DNA of 17,532 nt from Octopus sinensis (lineage: Eukaryota), in contig NW_021824862.1 in NCBI RefSeq assembly GCF_006345805.1, positions 1-17,532 on the forward strand, written 5' to 3'. A program made the position numbers and the translations under genes. The notes below the pieces were generated by a model that searched no databases, was not told the origin of the DNA, and saw nothing but the letters and a program-made list of their open reading frames with translations. Of this stretch, positions 8,225 to 17,532 are shown in pieces; positions within the stretch are counted from its first letter, which is position 1, and every line of letters starts with the position of its first letter.

Positions 8225-9250
8225 GTATGCTTGTTTTCGAACTCTTGATCATTCTGCTCCAGGCACTGCTGATAGCGCGAAGCAATGGGATCTCAAACGT
8301 CTGGAAACATTTTGTTCGGTATTTGTGCGAATTCTCGTTCAGTGGTTGCCCTCAATTCGTCGACTGTTGCTGGTTTTATACTGTAAACTTATCTTTTAAG
8401 TATCCCCATATATTAAAAGTGTTTTCTTGTGGTGTGAGGATATTCTACTGAATCTGTTCATCCAATCCACCAGTGTGGCGAGATTTCATCAAAGTAGATC
8501 CTTAGATAACTGTGGTAGTGTGGAGTAACGCATTTTGCTGGGATGGGAACAAAACCCCATACTTTCAAAGTCCTCTTGAATACTTGGCACGATAGATTGT
8601 CGCAGCAACTTCAATTAAAAACAGTCCAACACAGTACCATTAAAAAATAAATGGTCCAATAAATCCTTTTAACGATAAGCTGCATCATACTTTAATTCTT
8701 GGTAAATCAACATGATGTTCCTCCGTAATATGTGGATTCTCAGGTCCCCAGTAGGTACAGTTGTGGAACTGAATCGAGCCATTTAACCTAAATGTAACCT
8801 CAGCACACCAAACAACCTTTCTTGGAAAGCTTGTATCTTCTATATCTTCTGCTAACTACCACTCGCAAAACTCCACTCCTTGGCCCGGACCATCCTAACT
8901 GAGAGCAAGGACTTTTCTTGGAATATAACTTTTCCAATAGCAGGACTTCAAAATGTGATGGACGCTTGATTTTGGAATTCTTATTTCACAACTCTTGTGC
9001 CGCACAGATCTTCTTAAACTCTGGTAATTTCTTTTCTTATACTCTTTCTTGTTTTGTGAGGAATATCGATGACAACGTTGTTTTGGAAAGTTCCGTGTGG
9101 ACATTCTGAACTCTCCCATCTCCTTTAAATTCACCGCTTCTTCAAGTGGCGTTAAGCTGCGTAGGTGGAAGTGTTCGAAACTTCCTCCTAAATCATCTTA
9201 GCACTTCGCCTACGTTTTCAAACTTCCAGTAGCACTTTAGTTTAAATTTC
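8225..9250 (-). pseudogene. Decayed Tc1/mariner-superfamily transposase (DUF4817-type HTH + DDD/E domain)
   Basis: Stitched frames: KCYWKFENVGEVLR*FRRKFRTLPPT ... IPKSSVHHILK ... EFCEW* ... [28 protein letters not shown] ... V*CSLSLKGFIGPF ... QQNA ... WWIG ... IWGYLKDK ... KPATVDELRA ... RYQQCLEQNDQEFEN. Multiple stops and frameshifts. Confidence 0.9.
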
Positions 9251-9404
9251 CGATGTACAAGGCCTTATCTCTAATAGATTAAACTTAAAACAAAATAAAA
9301 ATGAAAGCTAAGTGGGTTATCAACTGTTAAAGTATGTATATATATATTTTGCGACACCTTACATACACAAATACACACACACATATATATGTATACAGGT
9401 GGTA

Positions 9405-9440
<36 letters not shown>

Positions 9441-9480
9441 TGCATGTATGCTTACATACGTAGAGAGTATATACATAAAC

Positions 9481-9549
9481 GGTGGAGGCGCAATGGCCCA
9501 GCGGATTCGCAGTCGTAGGATCGCGGTTTCGATTCCCAGAACGGACGTT
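9481..9549 (+). mobile_element. SINE family B head fragment with a 12-bp internal deletion
   Basis: ggaggcgcaatggcccag[tggttagggcag missing]cggattcgcagtcgtaggatcgcggtttcgattcccag. Confidence 0.75.
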
Positions 9550-9691
9550 CTGGGAATTAAGTACCATGAATTCGCTAATTGCTTTAAGTGTCCATGAAAC
9601 TATGAGTAGACGTAAATACCCCCTATTTTTCAAAATATTTAACTAATAGATATACATAAGTACTATCATAATTACAATTCATATATGTAAA

Positions 9692-10057
9692 CAGTGGTTA
9701 GGGCAGCGGACTCGCGGCCGTAGGATCGCGGTTTCGATTCCCAGAAAGGACGTCATGAGTGTTTATTGAGCGAAAATATCTAAAGCTTCACGAGGCTCCG
9801 GAAGTGGATAGTGGCGAACCCTGCTATATTCTTTCACCACAACTTTCTCTCACTCTTTCTTCCTGTTTCTCTTGTACCTGTATTTCAAAGAGCCAGCCTT
9901 GACACATTCTGTGTCACGCTGAATCTCCCTGAAAACTACGTTAAGGGTACACGCGTCTGTGGAGGGCTCAGCCACTTCCACGTTAATCTCACGAGCAGGC
10001 TATTCCGCTGATCGGATCAACTGGAACTCTCGTCGTTGCAAACGACGGAGTACCGCC
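9692..10057 (+). mobile_element. tRNA-derived SINE family B, nearly full length
   Basis: Head with GGTTTCGATTCCC B box; collinear with the inverted copy at 12846-13217. Confidence 0.85.
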
Positions 10058-10261
10058 ATACATATACATATTCATATATATATATATACATACGCAAATG
10101 CACTCACACACACAGATACAAATAGGTTTAAAATGTATTTCCGTGTCCCCCAAGGAGTTTTGCTCGTCATCAATTTTTCTCTTATATATGTTTTTAATAA
10201 AAATTCGTTCGGGTAGATTATATGTGCTTTTATGAAATAAAAAACAAAAAACTGTTTTAAT

Positions 10262-10845
10262 TTCAGAAAATACCTACATCCACTTTGTGTAGGTCTCTCA
10301 GGCTCTTTGGGAGAATATTAAAAAGCTGTGGTCCCCTGAAACCCAGGCTGATGCAGTAACTGATCCTGAAGCTCGATGGCATTGCTGGGATCTTTGGCAC
10401 TGTGCAGTGTCGACCCGTTCTGGTATTTGTGTTAGCTTTCAATACCAAGATTTGGTACAATCACTTCCAGGATCTTCCAGATGTATATTACTGCATACTT
10501 CTCCCGCCTTTGCTCCAAGGATTAGAGTCTTAGCTGTTTCAGCCTATCCCAGTAGCTGAGCTGTTGCAATGAGACGATCTTCTTTGTGAAGCTTCGCTGG
10601 ATTGCTTCAAGGTCAATTGTTAATTTTACACTGTTGGGTGACCAAAGCTGGGAACAGTAACCCAGACGGCTGAGGACGAATGTCCTCCAGAGGACCATCA
10701 TGGTTTCCTTCTGTCTGGTTCTGAACGTTCTCAGGACCCATCCAGCCAGTCGTCTGCACTTTGTCGCCATCCTGGTAATGTGCACTTGGAAAGAGGTGTC
10801 TTCAATCATGTCGACACACAGGTCCTTTAGGCTCTGGGATTGTAA
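10262..10845 (-). pseudogene. CR1/L2-group LINE ORF2 C-terminal fragment
   Basis: KDL.VDMIEDTSFQVHITRMATKCRRLAGWVLRTF...FVLSRLGYCSQLWSP...LEAIQRSFTKKI...LSYWDRLKQLRL, then frameshift to ...TRTGRHC...SLGFRGPQLFNILPKSLR. These are the typical YC...WSP, LE.VQR.F, Y..RL..L.L and FN.LP motifs. Confidence 0.9.
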
Positions 10846-11550
10846 TCCCCTGTGGACTTAACATTTTTATTATTTTGGAATGAAGAACACAAAGGTGCTA
10901 ATCCAGTGACTAAACTTGTAGTATTTTGTTGGGATTAATCCAACGAATTGACAGCAAAGTAATCGCTTCTATCAGAACCGTTTACTTTTAAAGTGAATAA
11001 ACAAAACCGACGTATACGACAGGTATGTAAAATATATTTCTGTGTGGTTCTTTCTTTGTTCATTCGGATAAGCTGTAGAAATTTTAGCGCGAGCACACAC
11101 ACACAAACAAACACAAAAATTCTCCAGACATTTAGCTGTTATTTTTAGCATGTCGAGTTTCGTGGTGAGGGCTTCACATGATGTTTCACTTTAAATCTAC
11201 GAATGCAGAAATGGACAAAACAGCCGTTCATTTTCACTTTTCGACAGCGGGATGGAGTGTGGGTCAATTTTGGCGATTTTCATGGAAAATTTGAAATTAA
11301 AATTCGTTCCCCCGCCCCATATTCTTAGTCTCCATATTTTTCCACGTAGACTGAAAAAAAATTTCGAAAAAAAGTTAAGAATTAAAAATTTAAGGCGGGA
11401 AGGGGGAAATTAAAAATTTTGGAAACGTGGTTTTTATGAATATTCGGAATCTCCGTCATCGAAAACACAGGAATCTGGTAAAAAAAACAAAAAAAAAAAA
11501 ACAATCGGAAAAGACCTGTGCGTCAGGTCCGCATTTATATTTATATAGGT

Positions 11551-11841
11551 ATTTATTTATTTATTCATGCGCCCTTTTCAAGCGTAGCCGGGCTCATGGG
11601 CCCGGTTTCCCGGTTACTGTGGCGCATGTGTTCCCCCCAGCTGGACGGGACGCCAGTCCATCGCAGCGATACTCAAGAAACAAGAAGAAAGTTGGGGTGA
11701 AAGAGTACAACAGGGGTCACCCTTCCCCCACTGCTGGAGCTTTAGGTGTTTTCGCTCAATGAATACACACAACGCCCGGTCTGGGAATAGAAACCGCGAT
11801 CCTCCGATCGCGAATCCGCTGCCCTAACCACTGGGCCATTG
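11551..11841 (-). mobile_element. SINE with family-B head and a different, V-domain-like 3' module and (AAAT)n tail
   Basis: 11841-11675 matches family B, then switches to GCTGCGATGGACTGGCGTCCCGTCCAG...AACCGGGAAACCGGGCCC and ends in (AAAT)n. Confidence 0.75.
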
Positions 11842-11937
11842 GTTACAGCTATTTATACAAGTTGAATATTTATACAGATTTTTCCATTCATGAAGTGCGT
11901 ATTCATTTTTTGGCGGACTCTATATATAATCTATATA

Positions 11938-12550
11938 CAGTAACCCCACGCCATATCGCGGTTCCCCTATCGCGGTTTATTATTTAAGCTTACATCGATT
12001 CCTCTGTGGTGTTGTTTTGCATTTATAATCAAATAAATATAAACAAATTATAAAAATTTTGAAAACGTAGGAGTGGCTGTGTGGTAAGTAGCTTGCTAAC
12101 CAACCACATGGTTCCGAGTTCAGTCCCACTGCGTGGCATCTTGGGCAAGTGTCTTCTGCTATAGCCCCGGGTCGACCAATGCCTTGTGAGTGGATTTGGT
12201 AGACGGAAACTGAAAGAAGCCTGTCGTATATATATATATATGTATGTGTGTTTGTGTGTGTGTTTGTCCCCCTAGCATTGCTTGACAACCGATTCTGGTG
12301 TGTTTACGTCCCCGTCACTTGGCGGTTCGGCAAAAGAGACCGATAGAATAAGTACTAGGCTTACAAAGAATAAGTCCCGGGGTCGATTTGCTCGACTAAA
12401 GGCGGTGCTCCAGCATGGCCGCAGTCAAATGACTGAAACAAGCAAAAGAGTAAAGAGTAATATACAGTACAGTACTGTTTCTGCATCGCGGATTTTCACA
12501 TATCACGGGGTATTTGAACCGTAACACCCGCGATAGTCGAGCGATTACTG
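11938..12550. mobile_element. pogo/Tigger-like MITE interrupted by a SINE A
   Basis: TA|CAGTAACCCCACGCCATATCGCG ... CGCGATAGTCGAGCGATTACTG|TA: imperfect ~22-bp TIRs and a TA target duplication. Confidence 0.75.
12066..12458 (+). mobile_element. Complete bipartite SINE family A (A1-(TA)n(TG)n-A2)
   Basis: All modules are in order, with an AAAGAGT-type tail. Confidence 0.9.
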
Positions 12551-12606
12551 TATAATAATAATGTATATATAACTTATATATATAATGCATAATACATAAC
12601 TTATAT

Positions 12607-12651
<45 letters not shown>

Positions 12652-12845
12652 ACACGCTTCCTCCTCGAGCTACACCATAACTAATTAATTTTCCAAGAAT
12701 TTCGCCATTCTTTCAAACATGAGTCGGTAATTTCCGTATCTTTCCCTCTTAAGAACGACACATATTTTCGGAGGGCAGGGGTGTTGTAGATGCACACGTG
12801 CGAACTCATACACGCAAATATACATTTATATATCTATGTATGGAT

Positions 12846-13284
12846 TGTGGTACTCCGTCGGTTACGACGACGAGGGTTCCAGTTGATCCGATCAACGGAA
12901 CATCTTGCTCATGAAATTAACGTGCAAGTGGCTGAGCACTCCACAGATACGTGTGCCCTTAACGTAGTTCTCGGGGGAGATTCAGCGTGACACAGAGTGT
13001 GACAAGTCTGGCTCTTTTTTGAAATACAGGTACAAGAGAAACAGGAAGAAAGAGTGAGAGAAAGTTGTGGTGAAAGAGTATAGCACGGTTCGCCACAAAC
13101 CTCTGTCGGAGCCTCGTGGAACTTTAGGTGTTTTCAAACAATAAACACAACGCCCGGTCTGGGAATCGAAACCGCGATCCTACGACCGCGAGTCCACTGC
13201 CCTAACCACTGGACCATGGGAATCGAAACCGCGATCCACGACCACGAAACCGCTGCCCTAACCACTAAGCCATTCTACCTCCAC
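12846..13284 (-). mobile_element. SINE family B, full length, with a tandemly duplicated tRNA head
   Basis: Inverted homolog of 9692-10057. GGGAATCGAAACCGCGATCC...CTGCCCTAACCACT occurs at both 13161 and 13218. Confidence 0.85.
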
Positions 13285-13334
13285 ATATATGGATATATAA
13301 TACGTCTAAACTATATACATGCACACACACATAT

Positions 13335-13466
<132 letters not shown>

Positions 13467-13673
13467 TTCTTTACAATCCACAAGGGACAAACATAGAGGG
13501 GACAAACAAGGACAGAGAAAGGGATTAAGTCGATTACATCGACCCCAGTGCGAAACTGGTACTTTATTTATCGACCCAGAAAGGATGAAAGGCAAAGTCG
13601 ACCTCGGCGGAATTTGAACTCAGAACGTAACAGCAGACGAAATGCCGCTAAGCATGTCACCCGGCGTGATAAC
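13467..13673 (-). mobile_element. SINE family C with a Deu/Nin-like central domain
   Basis: Minus strand: GAGTTCAAATTCC (B box), then GACTTTGCCTTTCATCCTTTCTGGGTCGATAAATAAAGTACCAG, resembling the recalled Deu/Nin domain consensus. Confidence 0.65.
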
Positions 13674-14146
13674 AGTATATGTGTGTGTGTGTGTGTGTGT
13701 GTTTTAAAAATAGAGTAGGCCGGTTTATAGGATCACCTTGGGTTTCCCGTCGACAAAGGGTTTAGCTTTCGGGCGTATCGTCAGACCCCAAAACCTGTTG
13801 GCCTAAGACCTCTTCAAAAATATATATGTATATGTTTGTATATAAATATACATACATATATCTTTTATCTTTTATGGGTTTCAACCAGGGGCTGAGGCCA
13901 TACTGGTGCACAGCTTTTACTGCAGTAGCGTGTTGGACGTTGACACTCTTCTTTGTGCTTCCTGCCGCGACGTGGAGACATGCGGATTTGCAGGTAAAAA
14001 TAACTGTCTAGACGTTTTTTGAAGATTTCTATGTCTACACGTCTACACCTTGCAGATCCCTGATGTTCTGTGGTAGGGCATTAAAAATTTGAGGTCCTTT
14101 GAATCTCAAGCTTTTACTATATATATACATATATATATATAATATA

Positions 14147-14189
<43 letters not shown>

Positions 14190-14197
14190 ATATATAT

Positions 14198-14313
14198 ACG
14201 ACGGGCTTCTTTCAGTTTCCGTCTACCAAATCCACTCAGAAGGCTTTGGTTCCCGAGGCTACACTAGAGCACACTTGCCCAAGGTGCCACGTAGTGGGAA
14301 TGAACTCGGAACT
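14198..14313 (-). mobile_element. SINE A1 partial copy embedded in TA tracts
   Basis: Reverse complement of the A1 3' part. Confidence 0.8.
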
Positions 14314-14315
14314 GC

Positions 14316-14351
<36 letters not shown>

Positions 14352-14618
14352 GCAGGATTATAATGCTGAATTGCATAAAATAGGATAGATCATCGTTACA
14401 TAGCAAAAAATTTGTTAGCGCCAGCCATGATATATATACACATACATATTTATGTATATATACGCTCACACATTCATATATACTAATTCATTATATTACG
14501 TATATAGGCATACATATTCATATATATGTATGCGAGTCATCCTTGCGCAGCGCGCATGCTAATCGCTGTATCGTTCCTGTTTTATAGTATATGTACAGCC
14601 GAAGCTTATATATATAAT

Positions 14619-14663
<45 letters not shown>

Positions 14664-14867
14664 ATGTATATATATATATTATATATATATAATATTAGGG
14701 AGTAAATCCAAACTTACAGGAAAAAATTAGATTTAGGATTAAATCTAATTTTAAATTTTGAATTTTATATTTTACATATTTTATAATTAATTTTATTTCT
14801 ATGAATTGGTTTATGATTTTCACTGTTTGATTTGCCTAATAGTGGTTTTATCTCTAATTTAATATAT

Positions 14868-14952
<85 letters not shown>

Positions 14953-14974
14953 TTACATATACAAACATAAATAT

Positions 14975-15155
14975 TCTTTTATTTGTCTCAGTCATTTGAC
15001 TGTGGCCCTACTAAAGCACCACCTTTAGTCAAGCAAATCATTCCCAAGACTTATTCTTTGTAAGCCTAGTACTTTTTCTATCGATTCCTTTTGCCGAACC
15101 GTTAGGTTACTGAGACGTAAACACACCAACAACGGTTGGCAAACACAGACACACA

Positions 15156-15187
<32 letters not shown>

Positions 15188-15322
15188 CGACAGGCTTCTT
15201 TCAGTTTTTGTCTACCAAATCCACACACACAAGGCTTTGGTCGGCCCGAGGCTATAGTAAATGACACTTGCCAAAGGTGCCACGCAATGGGGCTGAACTC
15301 GGAACCATGTGGTTGGTAAGCA
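14975..15322 (-). mobile_element. Bipartite SINE family A, 5'-truncated
   Basis: A2 + (TA)n + A1 in inverted orientation. Confidence 0.85.
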
Positions 15323-15375
15323 CATATACAAATATATATATACATACACACACGTTTATAGTCATATGTATGCAT

Positions 15376-15490
15376 ATATTGTTGTGTCTGGGGAGAGTCA
15401 TTCTCTTTTAGTGCCTCATTATTTAACACACTCACCGGTAAAGTTTCCACTCATTACTTATTTTTTCTAAAATTTTCGTTGCCTCTTGGT
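15376..15490. repeat. Unclassified dispersed repeat D, copy 2
   Basis: Homologous to about 3610-3730. Confidence 0.75.
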
Positions 15491-15519
15491 GGGATGAAGG
15501 GGCCTACTATCTCTAAATG

Positions 15520-15521
15520 AA

Positions 15522-15561
<40 letters not shown>

Positions 15562-15665
15562 ACATATATACACATACATATATACATATATATACAAATA
15601 TACATACATATACAGATATACACGCATATACATACACATATATACATATACGTTTATATACATAC

Positions 15666-15700
<35 letters not shown>
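15520..15700. repeat. Compound TA/TG/CA low-complexity tract
   Basis: Directly visible. Confidence 0.9.
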
Positions 15701-15703
<3 letters not shown>

Positions 15704-16166
15704 TTATTTCACACGTCTGCTCCACAGAAAAACCAAAACTTCACACGTATTCATTCTGCATTGTTATGGTGTACGCACCGGTGCACTTTACGAAAAATTA
15801 ACAAACCAAAGAAGCTGATGGCGATGATGCCGTTGCCACTGGCGCTGATGATGAGAATATTTATGAAAGAAAAATATGAGTGACTTTACCGATTCTGTAG
15901 TTGTCTTAAGCTGGTAGTTCCTAACAATCTTATTACTTGTAGCCAATTATGAAACACAACGCATCTAAGACGACTTGCTCTACTTATAACGAACACTTAC
16001 GACGCATCCATTTATATATACATATGTGTGTAGATGTGTGTGTGGGGCAGTTTCCCTGTTCTGGTGAAATAACGTTTCATTTTATTTTCCAAGAATTCCC
16101 TCCCTCTCTCTAACCCTAATCTAAGAATCTTTTGCTTTTACTCTCATAAATCACTAGATCTTATAG

Positions 16167-16227
16167 ACATACATACATACATACATACATACATACATAC
16201 ATACATACATACATACATACATACATA
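16167..16227. repeat. (CATA)n microsatellite
   Basis: Directly visible. Confidence 0.95.
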
Positions 16228-16240
16228 AAGGCATATTTTA

Positions 16241-16650
16241 TGTGCGTGGTAAGTAGCTTGCTTACCAACCACATGGTTTCGGGTTCGGTTCCACTGTGTG
16301 GAATCTTGGGCAAGTGTCTTCTACTATAGCCACGGGTCGACCAAAGTCTTGTGAGTGGATTTGGTAGATGGAAACTGAAAGAAACCCATCATATATGTAT
16401 ATATATATATAGGCGTTGGAGTGATTATGTTGTAAGTAGCTTGCTTACCAACCATATGGTCTCGGGTTCACTTCCACTGCGTGGCACCTTGGGCAAGTGT
16501 CTTCTACTATAGCCTCGGGTCGACCAAAGTCTTGTAAGTGGATTTGGTAGACGGAAATTGAAAGAAGCCCAAGGTGCCACGTAGTAGGACTGAACCTGGA
16601 ACTATGTGGCTGGTAAGCAAGCTACGTATTACACAGCCACGCCTGCGCCT
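16241..16650. mobile_element. Cluster of three SINE A1 heads: + (16241-16390), + (16411-16570), - (16567-16650)
   Basis: Each matches A1; the third is inverted and fused to the second at a GCCC overlap. Confidence 0.85.
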
Positions 16651-16676
16651 AAATATATATATATATATATATATGG

Positions 16677-16736
16677 AATTTTGAATTTAGTTCACGGACC
16701 CCAAGTACTTGTCGGACCCCATGTTGAGAACCACTG
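16677..16736. mobile_element. Orphan right end of a hAT (Charlie-like) MITE
   Basis: Ends GTTGAGAACCACTG, the same TIR type as 6625-6816, with subterminal cggacccc repeats. No left end seen. Confidence 0.55.
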
Positions 16737-16821
16737 CATTAATCTATTAGAAACCTGGAAAGGGAAGTAAATATTTCATAATTATTATATATGGATTCAT
16801 AATTTGATAATTGTTCACCGG

Positions 16822-17005
16822 TATAGGGTGGGGCAAAGAGGACCGACGTTTTGAAATATCAATTATTCAGTCCCAGGGAGAGGGACATATGTCCAACAGG
16901 TACCATTCGATCCGTGGTGTCTTGGTATTTTTTTTTTCAGGTGGAGCCATGGTGCTGTGGACGATAGACCATCGCGTGTTTGACTACGACAGTTACATGA
17001 AGAAC
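16822..17005 (+). mobile_element. 5' end of a second DUF4817-type Tc1/mariner element
   Basis: TA|TAGGGTGGGGCAAA (CAGGGTG-type TIR start). ATG at 16949 gives MVLWTIDHRVFDYDSYMKN, resembling the W..EHRVFAYDS..KN N-terminus of these transposases. Cut off at a SINE A. Confidence 0.6.
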
Positions 17006-17017
17006 ATGTATACATAT

Positions 17018-17176
17018 AGGCGCAGGAGTGGCTGTGTGGTAAGAGCTTGCTACAACCACATGTTTCCGGGTTCAGTCCCACTGCGTGGCATCTTGGCAAG
17101 TGTCTTCTGCTATAGCCCAGCCAACCAAATGCCTTTTGAGTGGATTTGGTAGACGGAAACTGAAAGAAGCCTGTCG

Positions 17177-17214
<38 letters not shown>

Positions 17215-17465
17215 TATATATAATATGTATATATGTATTTATATGTATGTGTGTTGTGTGTCTGTGTTTGTCCCCCTAAGCATTGTCTTGACACCGATGC
17301 TGGTGTGTTTACGTCGCCGTCACTTAGCGGTTCAGCAAAAGAGACCGATAGAATAAGTACTGGGCTTAGAAAGAATAAGTCCCGGGGTCGATTTGCTCGA
17401 CTAAAAGGCGGTGCTCCAGCATGGCCGCAGTCAAATGACTGAAACAAGTAAAAGAATAAAAGAGT
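17018..17465 (+). mobile_element. Complete bipartite SINE family A
   Basis: AGGCGCAGGAGTGGCTGTGTGG head, expanded TA tract, A2 module and AAAGA(G/A)T tail. Confidence 0.9.
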
Positions 17466-17472
17466 ATATATA

Positions 17473-17532
17473 CAGTGGCGGACTGGGCCTAAAACTATTG
17501 GTTGCTAGAAAACTAAGCGAGCCTACCCGCAG
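17473..17532 (+). mobile_element. Possible left end of a hAT-type element (runs off the window)
   Basis: Begins CAGTGGCGGACTGGG, a terminus type seen in hAT elements. The other end is not visible. Confidence 0.3.

Noticed and set aside
8076-8451. 107-aa ORF with a hydrophobic, signal-peptide-like N-terminus
   Set aside because: It is built from a degenerate SINE C fragment plus the antisense strand of the transposase relic.
9481-13284. tRNA genes at the SINE heads
   Set aside because: A/B boxes run directly into SINE bodies and no complete cloverleaf is evident.
13690-14100. Unique-looking segments with GCAG|GTAAAA and TTGCAG splice-like sites
   Set aside because: No coherent reading frame; such signals are expected by chance.
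15836-15868. CTGATGA...GAAA
   Set aside because: The intervening sequence does not pair; it is part of a GAT-rich tract.
16109-16123. Telomere-like TAACCCTAATCTAA
   Set aside because: Only about two degenerate units.

Overview
Eukaryotic, AT-rich, microsatellite-dense non-coding DNA built almost entirely from nested transposon relics. The repeat families resemble those I recall from Octopus (coleoid cephalopod) genomes; this is inference from memory, not a search. I find no intact protein-coding gene: most ORFs in the track are translations of (TA)n/(TG)n/(TATG)n tracts or of SINEs. Recognisable coding relics are two RTE-clade LINE fragments (148-704 +, 4040-4342 -), two CR1-type LINE 3' fragments (6395-6560 -, 10262-10845 -), a near-complete decayed Tc1/mariner (DUF4817-type HTH + DDD/E) transposase (8225-9250 -) and the 5' end of a second such element (16822-17005 +). 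The rest is several tRNA-derived SINE families, a non-autonomous Helitron, hAT and pogo/Tigger-like MITEs and simple repeats. Most interesting: three minimal type I hammerhead-ribozyme-like motifs with a covarying stem I, a SINE whose internal (TA)n tract has absorbed a Helitron plus a second element, a SINE with a swapped 3' module, and an 84-bp fold-back of SINE heads. Family and domain names come from recalled consensus motifs and need Dfam/Repbase/Rfam confirmation.
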